Part shown: piece by piece, positions 1 to 10,170 of the stretch
How positions within the stretch are numbered: position 1 is the first letter of the stretch
How the letters are laid out: each line of letters starts with the position of its first letter
Virus record (IMG/VR): IMGVR_UViG_3300003873_000002
Span: 90,124 to 154,123 of that record
DNA length: 64,000 nucleotides
Strand: one strand, 5' to 3'
Source of the DNA: a virus
Program-made: the position numbers and the translations under genes
Notes under the pieces: generated by a model
Told to the model about the DNA's origin: nothing
Seen by the model: the letters and a program-made list of their open reading frames with translations, nothing else
Database searches by the model: none

Positions 1-846
1 AGTTGTTAATTGTGAAATATTTGATTCGTTAGTATCAAGTCTATTTGTATGGTCTGAGATATCGTTTTTGATATTAGAAATATCATCAGTGTTTGTTTTT
101 ATTTTTGTATTTAGTGACTCGTTTGACGTATTGATAGACGAATTCAATTCATTATTTATATCATTGATTTTTGAGGGTGCATCATAGTCCTCAATCGTTT
201 TGATTCTAGTATTTAAACTAGGAATTTTGTCTGTTTCTATTTTAAGTTTATTTATGTTCGTTGCATTATTATTAATGTTATTCTTAATGGTGTTAATATC
301 ATTTTCGATTCCTGGTACTTTGTTTATTTTAGCTAAAGAATCATTATTAAAATCCGATTGCAAAGCAGTAATTTCATTGTTTATGTTATTTAGTGAATCA
401 TTAACAGTTTTCTTGAAATCTGTATATTTGATTTTTAAATCAACAAGATTATCATTTATTTCGCCTACTATTTTTGTAGATGCACCTGTTACACTATCTC
501 TAACACTATTTGCAACATTATCACTAATATGTGTTACAGTATCTGTAAAAACTGCATTGATTGGTACGGCTGTTTTAACTTTATTTTTAAAAAGGTTATT
601 GAATTTTGTATCTAATGCATTGATTTCATTATTAATTGTTTTAAGGTCTTCTGCAGATTTTGCGTCAGTGTAGTCTTTTTGCAACTTTTTAATTTCTAAA
701 ACGAATGCATTATATTCATCATAAAATGCATCAATATTTTCTTTGAGTTGGTCAGATGCTAGATTAAGATTATATCCAGTCAAATCAGAGAATTTCTTAC
801 TGTCAAGACCTTCATAAAATTGGAAAATTGTTTGATTTGGTAGCAT
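1..846 (-). CDS. Tail fibre-like coiled-coil protein, 3' end outside window (missing from ORF track)
   Basis: Hand translation from ATG at 846: MLPNQTIFQFYEGLDSKKFSDLTGYNLNLASDQLKENI..., apparently open to the window edge. AGAGGG RBS. Shares its N-terminal motif with 3899-4351 and 4387-6477, and VPINAVFTDT with 2130-3902. Confidence 0.75.
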   Translation of the reverse strand, partial: MLPNQTIFQFYEGLDSKKFSDLTGYNLNLASDQLKENIDAFYDEYNAFVLEIKKLQKDYTDAKSAEDLKTINNEINALDTKFNNLFKNKVKTAVPINAVFTDTVTHISDNVANSVRDSVTGASTKIVGEINDNLVDLKIKYTDFKKTVNDSLNNINNEITALQSDFNNDSLAKINKVPGIENDINTIKNNINNNATNINKLKIETDKIPSLNTRIKTIEDYDAPSKINDINNELNSSINTSNESLNTKIKTNTDDISNIKNDISDHTNRLDTNESNISQLTT

Positions 847-883
847 GCGACCCTCTTATTTTATTATTAAGTGTTAAAAATTA

Positions 884-1573
884 TTAAAGCAATTCAGCTG
901 TGGGTTTTTTAATATTTTTATATGTATTTTGAATTTCATCAATACGAGATAACTTACCATCAGACGAAATATTTCTTTCAATAGAGTACATACCTTCAGA
1001 AATATTTCCAGCATATTGTAAGCTTAATCCAAGGATTTCTTCCTGTGTTTTTGATGGTAATTGTGTAATTGCTTCAAGATTGCCTGATGTAATTTTGCCA
1101 GTAGAAACTAAATCAATAGATGCTTGTTTACCCAATCGATTAACCCAATATCTTTCTATTGCTTCATCACTACAAAAAGTATCTTCAATATCTGGATTGT
1201 TTTCTTTGATGTCATTGATAATACGACCAAAATTATTAATTTCCGCTTTTAGACGTCTATTTTTGGTTCGCATAGCGTCAATGATACTGTGGATTTCTTC
1301 GACGTCCATTTCTATTAACTGTTTTTTGAGAACATCCATTTCATTATCTCTTTCGCGCTCAGCAATTTTTAATTCAATTATCTTTTTTTTAATTTTGTGT
1401 TCGTTATCATTGTAGTGTTCTAATCTAGTGTCATATTCCATTAAAGCTTGTTTAAAACGATATTCTTCAGTTTGTTGAGATCCAACAACAAACCATTTAT
1501 CTGTAAATGCTGAATTGCTTGCAGCAGTTTCTAGTAATTGGTCAGTTGAATTTGATAAATTTAATTTTAACAT
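884..1573 (-). CDS. Hypothetical coiled-coil protein in tail-fibre cluster
   Basis: 229 aa ORF co-oriented with the tail genes; charged heptad-like middle region. Confidence 0.6.
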   Translation of the reverse strand: MLKLNLSNSTDQLLETAASNSAFTDKWFVVGSQQTEEYRFKQALMEYDTRLEHYNDNEHKIKKKIIELKIAERERDNEMDVLKKQLIEMDVEEIHSIIDAMRTKNRRLKAEINNFGRIINDIKENNPDIEDTFCSDEAIERYWVNRLGKQASIDLVSTGKITSGNLEAITQLPSKTQEEILGLSLQYAGNISEGMYSIERNISSDGKLSRIDEIQNTYKNIKKPTAELL

Positions 1574-1639
1574 TTTGGTATTGCTCTCTTTCTTATTATC
1601 TTATTTGTTCTTATCTGTTCTTATCTATTCTTATTTATT

Positions 1640-2128
1640 TTATTTCGGCTTTTTAAAAACTGGTAATTTTTCTTTATATTTATTTATATCCAAATCTTTA
1701 AGTTTATCGTTTTTGATTAGTTCTATCTGTTTTTCTGTATATGTCCATACATCTGCTTTCCATTTACCGAGTGCTTCCGCAATTTTTCTAAATTTATTCG
1801 GATAGCCCACATAATCACCTATAGATCTAAAATTATATTTAACACTTATAACATCATAAATATACTGTTCTGTGATTGTGTTTAATGTGTTTATTGTGTT
1901 TATTGTGTTTATTGTGTTTAATGTGTTTAATGTATCTGTTTTATCATTGTGGATTTTTGACACGATAACTAATTCGTTATTTTTTATCGTGATTTCTTTA
2001 TCATCACTTATATTAACCGCATTAATAAATGTTTCACGATCAACATTTATTAAATCTGATGGCAGATTTTTGTATTTAGTTAATTTATTTTTTGGGTAAA
2101 ACAGTTTTTTTGATGGTGAATATTTCAT
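1640..2128 (-). CDS. Tail fibre assembly/chaperone-like protein
   Basis: Likely start MKYSPSKKLFYP at 2128, right after the fibre stop. N-terminus resembles Tfa-type chaperones; C-terminal YVGYPNKFRKIAEALGKW motif; internal NT(I/L) 9-bp repeat. Confidence 0.55.
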   Translation of the reverse strand: MKYSPSKKLFYPKNKLTKYKNLPSDLINVDRETFINAVNISDDKEITIKNNELVIVSKIHNDKTDTLNTLNTINTINTINTLNTITEQYIYDVISVKYNFRSIGDYVGYPNKFRKIAEALGKWKADVWTYTEKQIELIKNDKLKDLDINKYKEKLPVFKKPK

Positions 2129-2129
2129 A

Positions 2130-3902
2130 TTAGTAACCCACTGCACTCCATGTAATTGTTGCATCTAATAAATTTGATTTAACAGTAAACCCTTCGCCAG
2201 TTTTTTCTATTAAAAAAATACTACCTGTTAGGTGTTCACCCATCACAGTTAGTGTAATATTTTTACAACTGTGTGGGAAAACGATTGGGTAATTGATTAT
2301 TTTTGTTGCACCACTTTGTATATTAAATGTGCCCCATTGATATATAGTATCAACTACTTCAAAATATCCATTTAATGCGTTATATGTCGTTATAAGACCA
2401 TTAATATCATCAGTATTTTTAAGTACCTTTTCGTTTACTACACGAAGTATATTAGCAGATGCAGCAGACGTAGTTGATGTTGAATCAACTACATCAATTA
2501 CTTTAGTGTGTTTAAGTGCTTCTACCATTGCATCATCAGCAGATTTTTGTGCATTATCTGTAAGATTTTTTAAATCGTGTGCGCCTTTAAGTGAAAATGC
2601 TGTTCCCGAATCATTTCTATCCAATGCATCACTAATTGGTAAATGTGTATCAGTAAAAACTGCGTTCTTGGGTACATCAGTAAGAACTCTACTATTATCG
2701 ACTTTAGAATTAAGCATTGATTGTAAGTTATCAATATTACCAATTAGATGGCGGTGGCTGTTATCTTTAACAGAAATATAACCTTTGTTATCGATATCCA
2801 CATCCAACCCAGATTTTACACCGCCTATGTAATCTGTAGTTGCTACAGGTAAAGTATAAATAGTATCAGTAAACTTCGCATTTAACGGTACATCAGTAAG
2901 AACTCTACTGTTATCGACTTTAGATGCTAAAGCATCTGATAGTGATTCAATTTTATTAAGTGGTATTTTTTTAGCTAGCTGAATACCACCATCTGCATCT
3001 ATATTAAATTGCGAACTATTTTTAACACCACCCAAAATATTTCCCGCAACTGGTAATGTATAAACAGTATCAGTAAATACAGCATCGACGGGGACATCGG
3101 TGTAAACAGTGCATCCATTTACGGTTGAAGAATTTAAACCACTATCATTTGTATCGACAGTCTTGAGTTTAAATAAAATATCAGACGCATTATAATCTAA
3201 TACATTAACTTTTTTATTTAGTGCATCACTAAGTCCGTCTATTGTATTAAATGTATGTCTATGACTATCATTATCAATTGTAGTGGTGCCATCTAATGCA
3301 ACACTTAATCCATTTCCAGTTTTAACTCCACCTAATTTATCACTTGCTGGTGGGAGCACATAAATGGTATCAGTAAAGACTGCATTGATGGGTACATCAG
3401 TAAGAACCCTGTTATTATTGACTTTATTATCTAACGCATTTTGTAAACCAGCTATTGATGATATAGTTAGTGAGTTTAACATTTCACGGTTCATTTTGAT
3501 AAAATCAACAATTTCTTGAAGATCATTTAAATTAATATCATTTGAACCAATTAAAAGTTCAATTACATGAATTCTGTTTTTTAAATTATCGTAAAATGAT
3601 ACCAAATTATTTTCAATAATGTTCTGATATGAATTACTTAAAGAACTTATTGTTTCGTTTAAAAGCTTAATTTCATTATTTATAATTTCTATGGACTTGG
3701 AATTCGATGCTGTTAAATCGCGCTCACTACTAATTAAACTAATTCGCTGCGACACACTATCAACAATATTGCATAATTTGTTAATTGAATCTCGCAATAA
3801 TATATCGTTGTCAATTACAGTAGCTGATAATTTATTAAGTTCATCTCCTATAACTGGGTGATATTTATCTAGATATGTTTTAGAAACGCTTGAAAGATTC
3901 AT
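2130..3902 (-). CDS. Tail fibre protein with internal repeats and gp53-like C-terminal tip
   Basis: Repeated RVLTDVPxNAxFTDT(xYxLP..GGVK) units; HxH motifs (SHRHTF, SHRHLI); C-terminal IYQWG...YPIVFPHSC typical of fibre tips. Confidence 0.75.
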   Translation of the reverse strand: MNLSSVSKTYLDKYHPVIGDELNKLSATVIDNDILLRDSINKLCNIVDSVSQRISLISSERDLTASNSKSIEIINNEIKLLNETISSLSNSYQNIIENNLVSFYDNLKNRIHVIELLIGSNDINLNDLQEIVDFIKMNREMLNSLTISSIAGLQNALDNKVNNNRVLTDVPINAVFTDTIYVLPPASDKLGGVKTGNGLSVALDGTTTIDNDSHRHTFNTIDGLSDALNKKVNVLDYNASDILFKLKTVDTNDSGLNSSTVNGCTVYTDVPVDAVFTDTVYTLPVAGNILGGVKNSSQFNIDADGGIQLAKKIPLNKIESLSDALASKVDNSRVLTDVPLNAKFTDTIYTLPVATTDYIGGVKSGLDVDIDNKGYISVKDNSHRHLIGNIDNLQSMLNSKVDNSRVLTDVPKNAVFTDTHLPISDALDRNDSGTAFSLKGAHDLKNLTDNAQKSADDAMVEALKHTKVIDVVDSTSTTSAASANILRVVNEKVLKNTDDINGLITTYNALNGYFEVVDTIYQWGTFNIQSGATKIINYPIVFPHSCKNITLTVMGEHLTGSIFLIEKTGEGFTVKSNLLDATITWSAVGY

Positions 3903-4351
3903 AATTTCTTCTCTATATTTGCAATTTTAGTATTGACTTCATCTATTTTGCTTATATTATCTTTAATTAATATATCCATATTAATATATTTTTTATTCAA
4001 ATCATCCACTAAAACATTTATTGCACTGACTTTAATATTGATATCATCAATCTGTGCATTATCTTTACTGACTATGCTGGATACCTTTGTATCGACATAG
4101 TTTCTTAATGTCACATCAGTATTTTCTGATATTTCTTTTGCAATTGAGATGCGCTTATTTAAATCTTCATCACGTGTAATTGAATTATTTTCGTGTGTAT
4201 ATATTAAATCATAAACAGCTGCGTTCAATGCAACGATATTTTCTTGTAACTGTCTAGATGCAGTATTTAGCGTAGATCCAGTGAGTGGGGTAAATTTTTC
4301 AACTTCATCACCCTCATAGAATTCAAATATTTGTTGATATGGTAGATTCAT
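3899..4351 (-). CDS. Short tail-fibre-associated coiled-coil protein
   Basis: N-terminal IFEFYEG..LTG..LN.A..QLQENI module shared with its neighbours; 4-bp overlap with the next gene. Confidence 0.6.
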   Translation of the reverse strand: MNLPYQQIFEFYEGDEVEKFTPLTGSTLNTASRQLQENIVALNAAVYDLIYTHENNSITRDEDLNKRISIAKEISENTDVTLRNYVDTKVSSIVSKDNAQIDDINIKVSAINVLVDDLNKKYINMDILIKDNISKIDEVNTKIANIEKKL

Positions 4352-4386
4352 TTATTAATTCCTTTGTAGATATTTAATCCATAATC

Positions 4387-6477
4387 TTAAGGGGCTGATT
4401 GTATTGCTTTTTGCTTTGGTACAAGCACTGATGATGTATTGTTTAAGAATAAGTCATTCCTGCCGTTGAAACCCCAAACCCACACTTTGTGCTCACTATC
4501 TAATGCTACTACAAATTTTCCATGATCAGCACCAGAACATTTTAAATCAATGATATTTACATCATCTGATAAATGGACTCTTGTAAATCTATTTACGGGT
4601 TTATTTGACCCTATCCCGAGTAACCCAAAATCATTAAACCCACATGAATACAAATTATTGTTTTCATCCTTAATAAACATAGCATTTCTATAGGATTCTG
4701 TATAAGAATCATAACCATTCATAAATAATTTAGTAATCTTTTTATTCGTATTAACTAATGTTGGTTCATAAACATTATGAGGTAAATTTAACCCTAATTG
4801 ATAAGATTTATTATAACCCCATGCATATAAATCACCATCAACACCTAGAACAAAAATAGACGCAGGTCCACCACCAAATACTGAAATTTCTTTAGCTTCT
4901 TTTGGTAGAACAGATTGAATTAAAAATGGCTTAACTATATCAATATCTTGTGTGTGGATATCAATTATATTGTTATTTTTATCATAGATGTAACCGCTTC
5001 CGATTTGTCCCCAGTTATTATTTCCGCATGTTAGATACATTGCGTCTTTATTTTTTAATTTTCTATAACAGAGTAAAAATGATTGTGAATTATAGTCATA
5101 AACAGTATTATCGAAATCAGTTGGGTCATCTTTATATTCATATGATCCATCAAGATAACCATTTGAACTATAACCGTTTACACCATAGAACTCAATTTCC
5201 TCATCATTATTTACATGCCCACCCCAAGCTGCAGTAACCAATTCAAATTGATATCGATCAATTTTATCACCTGTACCTAAATTCCCATTGTGATTATAAC
5301 CAGCAGCATAAATTTGACCACCTTTTAAAAGCACTATTGTACTTGCATATCTATTTCCAATTGGCCAAATTTTTTCTATTGTATTTTCAACGAAGAATGA
5401 TACAACAGTAAAGACATTAACATGTCTTGTGCCAACTTCTAGAATATCACCAATTCCCATATTACCATATTCATTGAATCCACTTGCGTACGCAAGACCA
5501 TCTTTTTTAATAATCCACGTTGAACTATAATTAATATGTATCCCTGGTGAAATTGGTCTATAGAATGTAACAACATCAGTTTCAACAAGTTCGGGCACCA
5601 TAATGGGGTCGTTATGTCCTGCACCACAAGCACCTGTTTTATTATGACCCCATGCCCAAAGATTTCCTGAATCAAATAATACAAAACTTTCAGCACCCGA
5701 CATATCAGATTTTACGTATTTTCCTGTTTCGCCAGGGAACGCTAATCGAAATGAGTTCTGCGCATCATATGTTCCATCACCCTTAGGATTATTCTTGACT
5801 GTACCACCAAAAACCCACATTTCATCAAGAACTGTTCTAACCATAGAATTACTAAATGACGATCTACTACAAATTTCAACAGTATCAATACATGATTTAG
5901 TTGTTGGTTTTGGTGCAGTTTTCATATCAATGTATTTTTTTGCATTTAGGTATGTTGCTTTATCACCATTATTGGCGTAGATTTCACATTGATTTATTAC
6001 ATCCATGTCAGAATCTTTTGCAAATTTTTCGGCTGCAGCCAATGTTTCTGTGTCACCTCCATCTGCATATGCTCTGTCGCTGTTTGATTTATCGTTTAAT
6101 TTTTTATCTACAATAACGTTATAATCATTTATAGTTTTTTTCTCTGATTCACTGATAAATTTGCGAATTACTTCATTGAATTGGTTTATTTCAGTTGTGT
6201 AGTAATTTTTGAGTTCGTTTTTTACATTTAAAACAGAGTTATCAGTATAAATTGTTGATTGCTCATAAATATAACCTTCGGGATTTCCACCGGTAAGTAT
6301 AATTTGCATAACTCTATAAAGTTCTTTTATATTAAGTTGCAATTCGAGTGGTGCAAGATTTAGATTTCTACCAGATAATTGGTCATATTTGTTTTTATCA
6401 TTACCTTCATAGAATGTAAAAATATTTTCAACAGGCAGTTTTAAAATAGTTTCTTGTGTAATAGTGGATTTTGGCAT
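4387..6477 (-). CDS. RCC1/BLIP-II repeat beta-propeller protein, probable receptor-binding tail protein
   Basis: Several RCC1-like repeats (GNLWAWGHNKTGACG, GQIYAAGYNHNGNLGTG, GDLYAWGYNKSYQLG, LYSCGFNDFGLLG) after the shared N-terminal fibre module. Confidence 0.75.
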   Translation of the reverse strand: MPKSTITQETILKLPVENIFTFYEGNDKNKYDQLSGRNLNLAPLELQLNIKELYRVMQIILTGGNPEGYIYEQSTIYTDNSVLNVKNELKNYYTTEINQFNEVIRKFISESEKKTINDYNVIVDKKLNDKSNSDRAYADGGDTETLAAAEKFAKDSDMDVINQCEIYANNGDKATYLNAKKYIDMKTAPKPTTKSCIDTVEICSRSSFSNSMVRTVLDEMWVFGGTVKNNPKGDGTYDAQNSFRLAFPGETGKYVKSDMSGAESFVLFDSGNLWAWGHNKTGACGAGHNDPIMVPELVETDVVTFYRPISPGIHINYSSTWIIKKDGLAYASGFNEYGNMGIGDILEVGTRHVNVFTVVSFFVENTIEKIWPIGNRYASTIVLLKGGQIYAAGYNHNGNLGTGDKIDRYQFELVTAAWGGHVNNDEEIEFYGVNGYSSNGYLDGSYEYKDDPTDFDNTVYDYNSQSFLLCYRKLKNKDAMYLTCGNNNWGQIGSGYIYDKNNNIIDIHTQDIDIVKPFLIQSVLPKEAKEISVFGGGPASIFVLGVDGDLYAWGYNKSYQLGLNLPHNVYEPTLVNTNKKITKLFMNGYDSYTESYRNAMFIKDENNNLYSCGFNDFGLLGIGSNKPVNRFTRVHLSDDVNIIDLKCSGADHGKFVVALDSEHKVWVWGFNGRNDLFLNNTSSVLVPKQKAIQSAP

Positions 6478-6837
6478 TTCTTTTTCCTTTGTACTTAACG
6501 ATTATTTAATCCAAACATCTTTCTATTATTTTGAAAACTGTACAGATTACATCAATTCCTTTAATTTAAATCAATTTCAATTGAATCAATTGTTTCAATT
6601 AATTCATTTTTAATAAAATAAATTAGCATATTTTTACAGCAGTATTTAATATTTGTATATCATATGGTTATCTGGTTATCTAAATATTTGTATTATTTGT
6701 ATTTGTGTTGTCTAAATACCAAAATATATGAATAATGTATTCTGACTCAATAAAAATTATAAAATCATAAATTCTACATATTGTTCCAAAATGGAACTCA
6801 ATTTTCCCTAAAACAGAAATCACCTTTTTTTCGAGGA

Positions 6838-7517
6838 ATCAGCTGTAACTTGTTGATTCTTTATTTTAAGAATCAGCTGTAACTTGTTGATTTTACATAT
6901 ATACCTTCCCATTTAGAATGTATTTGTTTTTCTTTTAAAATCAACAAGTTACCTCGTTTTTCCCACATGTTTTCTTCGAAAATCTGAAAACAAATTTTGT
7001 TTAAAATCAACAAGTTAACATGAAAATTTTCAAGTGCGCAAAAAACGCATCGATTTTGCCATGTTTTTAGAGCACCATAAAAAAAGCGCATTTTTTAACT
7101 TGTTGATTTTAAATGAAAAACATCAAATTTGTACACTATGTAAAATTAGAAACACTTTTCTATATAAAATATATATTACTAAGTAACATATATGTTTCAG
7201 ATGTAATGGCAAACCGGCCCGGATTTGGGACTGCCTGCCTGGATGGGTGGGTGTGGTGTAATGAGTGAAGTGTATTTGAGATAGTTGAATACAATTTCCA
7301 AAAACTTTTTTTACGTGTACAGATTTGACCTTTTCTGTTTAAATTCAACAAGTTATTGGATTCTCTAGATATCACAATTTTTAACCTTTTGTTGTACAGA
7401 TTTAGTGTTTTTTGTTTAAATTCAACGAGTTAATGATTTCATGGTTCCAAAAACTTTTTTCTACGTGTACAGATTTGACCTTTTCTGTTTAAATTCAACG
7501 AGTTATTGCATCTTTTG
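6838..7517. repeat. Long non-coding direct repeat, copy 1, with array of IHF-consensus sites
   Basis: Near-identical to 62995-63632. Multiple AATCAACAAGTTA (WATCAANNNNTTR) or 1-mismatch sites in both orientations. 74-bp identical AT-rich core at 7139-7212. Confidence 0.9.
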
Positions 7518-7943
7518 TTGTGGTTTATTTTTTTTCCCATGAGTTTGGATTTTGGATATTTTCTATTTAAAGTCAATAAGTTATTGGTTTTTAGTGCATT
7601 TTATGTGACATTCATGAGCATTGAATTAATCTGACTAAATTGAACTGAACCAATATTACATAACACATACAGATATGTTTAGATAGTTTAAATATAGTTT
7701 AAACTTCATATAACGCGCTGTATGAGACGATCTCTTTAAAAATGACATATGATATGACAATAAAAAAATAATCACATACTGAGCTTTATTTTAAAAATGA
7801 TTTATTTTATAATTTATAAAATTTTGTTTTAATTTGTTTAAATTAAGATATAGACTTCAAAAGTATTAAATAACATTGATTAACATTGATTAATACATCA
7901 GATCAATTATGTAAAATAAAATAAAGGAAAATAAGGAATTTAA

Positions 7944-8432
7944 ATGGAAAATATTAAATTGTCCAAGAACTTCACATTAAGCGAGTTTCTTAAATCTTCT
8001 ACTGCCTCAAGATTGGGGATTAATAATACACCAACACAGGAAATTGTCGATAATTTAAAAGATTTATGCGAAAATGTGCTTCAGCCAGCTAGGGACCATT
8101 TTGGTGCAATTAAAATTAATTCTGGTTATAGATCAGCAGAACTTTGTGAGGCCATTGGATCCACATCTCATTCAAATCATACATTAGGGTTCGCTGCAGA
8201 TGTTGAAACAAATGTCCCTAATATTGAATTATTAAATTGGTTTTATGATAATGTTGAATATAAAGAACTTATTGGTGAGTATTTTGGTGAGAATCCTAGT
8301 GATGGCTGGGTCCATATCGCATATCAAAAAGGTAACAATAAAGGCGAGCTAAAAATCAAAACTAAGGATATTAATTACAAAAGAGTCGATATCAATGAAT
8401 TAAATGAAATATGTGGGTACACTGGGGTATAA
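7944..8432 (+). CDS. Peptidase M15 family Zn peptidase, probable endolysin
   Basis: LSKNFTLSEF, INSGYRS, SNH..G.AAD, WVHI motifs; AAGGA RBS. Confidence 0.85.
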   Translation: MENIKLSKNFTLSEFLKSSTASRLGINNTPTQEIVDNLKDLCENVLQPARDHFGAIKINSGYRSAELCEAIGSTSHSNHTLGFAADVETNVPNIELLNWFYDNVEYKELIGEYFGENPSDGWVHIAYQKGNNKGELKIKTKDINYKRVDINELNEICGYTGV

Positions 8433-8433
8433 A

Positions 8434-9006
8434 ATGAAAATGCTTGAACAGATCATCAATAATATCAAAAACGATATGATAATAGAAACTGCAGAAGTCA
8501 ATGATACACTTAAAAACATGAAATCTCAAAAAGATATTTTTATTCTTATAATTGGTGGTTCTGGATCAGGTAAAAACTATTTCTATGAAAAAAATCTTAA
8601 AAACATCCCATTGGTCGATAATGATGCGATTACAAAAAAATTATCTGGTGGTGATTTTGAGAAAGCAAGAAAGCTCGTTTCTAAAGCAACATCTATTGCA
8701 AATAAAATGCTAACAGACGCATTTAATGAGAAAAAAAGTGTATGCCAGGTTTCAACTGGCACAAACGAAAAAGCAGTTTTTAATAAATTTAAAAAGGCTA
8801 AAGATGCGGGGATGAAGACTGGGTTGATACTCATTGACGCAGATATTAACGATGCACAAAAAAGAAATGTAAATAGGGCTAGTGGTGGCAAACAGGGCCT
8901 TGTGCCTGATTGGAAAGTAGAAAAAACAAACATCGCGGCCAAAAAAACATATAAAAATATCAAAAACAACAACGTGGTTGATTTCGCATTTATTGCAAAA
9001 AATTAA
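8434..9006 (+). CDS. P-loop kinase (zeta-toxin/AAA_33-like)
   Basis: Walker A GGSGSGKN, LVDNDAI, AQKRNVNRA lid; start placed at ATG 8434 just after the M15 stop. Confidence 0.65.
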   Translation: MKMLEQIINNIKNDMIIETAEVNDTLKNMKSQKDIFILIIGGSGSGKNYFYEKNLKNIPLVDNDAITKKLSGGDFEKARKLVSKATSIANKMLTDAFNEKKSVCQVSTGTNEKAVFNKFKKAKDAGMKTGLILIDADINDAQKRNVNRASGGKQGLVPDWKVEKTNIAAKKTYKNIKNNNVVDFAFIAKN

Positions 9007-9133
9007 AAGCTTCTAATACATTATACAAACAGTATACAAACAGTATACAAACGGTATACAAACAGTATACAAACACTTCAGTGACCATAGCTTGACCATA
9101 GCTTGACCATATAAGTTTAAAGACATCAATGAT

Positions 9134-9188
9134 AATCAATAAGTTGTGCTCATTTAGAGATTAGTGTAAATGACATAACTTATTGATT
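9134..9188. promoter_or_regulatory. Two inverted IHF-consensus sites upstream of flagellin
   Basis: AATCAATAAGTTG (9134-9146, +) and AATCAATAAGTTA (9176-9188, -) both fit WATCAANNNNTTR. Confidence 0.5.
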
Positions 9189-9256
9189 TTGATAATAAAA
9201 ACACTTATTTAACTATTTAAACACAGATAATTAAAAAAAATATTTGAAAATAATTG

Positions 9257-9283
9257 TAACGTTTTTTGTTAAAAGGCCGATAT
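9257..9283 (+). promoter_or_regulatory. Sigma-28 (FliA) promoter of flagellin
   Basis: TAACGTTT-N11-GCCGATAT versus consensus TAAAGTTT-N11-GCCGATAA, ending 62 bp before the flagellin ATG. Confidence 0.8.
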
Positions 9284-9345
9284 ATAATATAAGAGAGAAA
9301 CAATTAAAACAATTAAAAATATTTTTAAATTAAGGGAGAATTATC

Positions 9346-10170
9346 ATGTCAATGGTTATCAACACAAATATGGGTTCAGAAAACGCAGTTCGTTTATTGG
9401 ATCAATCAAGTCGTGAACAAAAAACAGCCATGGAGCGTTTAACCTCAGGTTTGCGAATCAATCATACTGCTGATGATGCGGGAGGTGCCGCCGTTGTTGT
9501 TAGAATGGATTCACAAGTTAAAGGCATCGATATGTCGGTTCGAAACTCAAAAGATGGTATTAACTTGATTCAAACAATGGATGGTGCCGCACAAGAAGTT
9601 GTGAATATGCTACAACGCATTCGTGAATTGGGTGTGCAAGCAGCTAACGAAACTTACACCTCAGCTCAAAGAAATCAAATGAACCAAGAAGTGAGTCAAT
9701 TAAAAACAGAAATTGACCGGGTGGCTAAAACCACTAAATTTAATGGTATTGCCTTAATGAATGGGTCAAATAAAGTTTTAAGTTTCCAAGCTGGTTGGGA
9801 GACTGCTGCAGAAAATACCATTAGTGTTAGTACTTTTAACTTTAGTAAAGGAAATATGTCTGTTGGAGTAGCAAAAATTACCACTCAAGCATTAGCGCTT
9901 TCTGCCATTGGAAAAGTCGATATTGATTTATCAAAAATCAATAAAATCCGAGCTAAATGGGGTGCTGTACAAAACCGCTTTGAACACACTATTACAAATC
10001 TTAATAATGTAAACGAAAATATCAAAGCCTCAAGAAGCCAGATTCAAGATACTAATTTTGCAAAAGAGAGTGCTGCGCTAGCCAAAACACAGGTGTTGCA
10101 ACAGGCAGGAATGAGTATGTTAACACAATCAAATCAAAATAGCAAACAAGTGTTGAGTTTATTGAGATAA
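9346..10170 (+). CDS. fliC: Flagellin (minimal D0/D1-only type)
   Basis: INTN...MERLTSGLRIN..ADDAGG, LQRIRELGVQAAN, TKFNG, RAKWGAVQNRFEHTI, SRSQIQDTNFAKE..QVLQQAG..VLSLLR; GGGAG RBS. Confidence 0.95.
   Translation: MSMVINTNMGSENAVRLLDQSSREQKTAMERLTSGLRINHTADDAGGAAVVVRMDSQVKGIDMSVRNSKDGINLIQTMDGAAQEVVNMLQRIRELGVQAANETYTSAQRNQMNQEVSQLKTEIDRVAKTTKFNGIALMNGSNKVLSFQAGWETAAENTISVSTFNFSKGNMSVGVAKITTQALALSAIGKVDIDLSKINKIRAKWGAVQNRFEHTITNLNNVNENIKASRSQIQDTNFAKESAALAKTQVLQQAGMSMLTQSNQNSKQVLSLLR

Noticed and set aside
200-673. Plus-strand 157-aa hydrophobic ORF, and many similar short antisense ORFs in the track
   Set aside because: Antisense shadows of real genes; here the real gene is the minus-strand fibre ORF starting at 846
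6838-7600. Possible CRISPR array
   Set aside because: Motifs are about 13-15 bp, in both orientations, irregularly spaced, and the intervening sequence is conserved between the two copies; no cas operon
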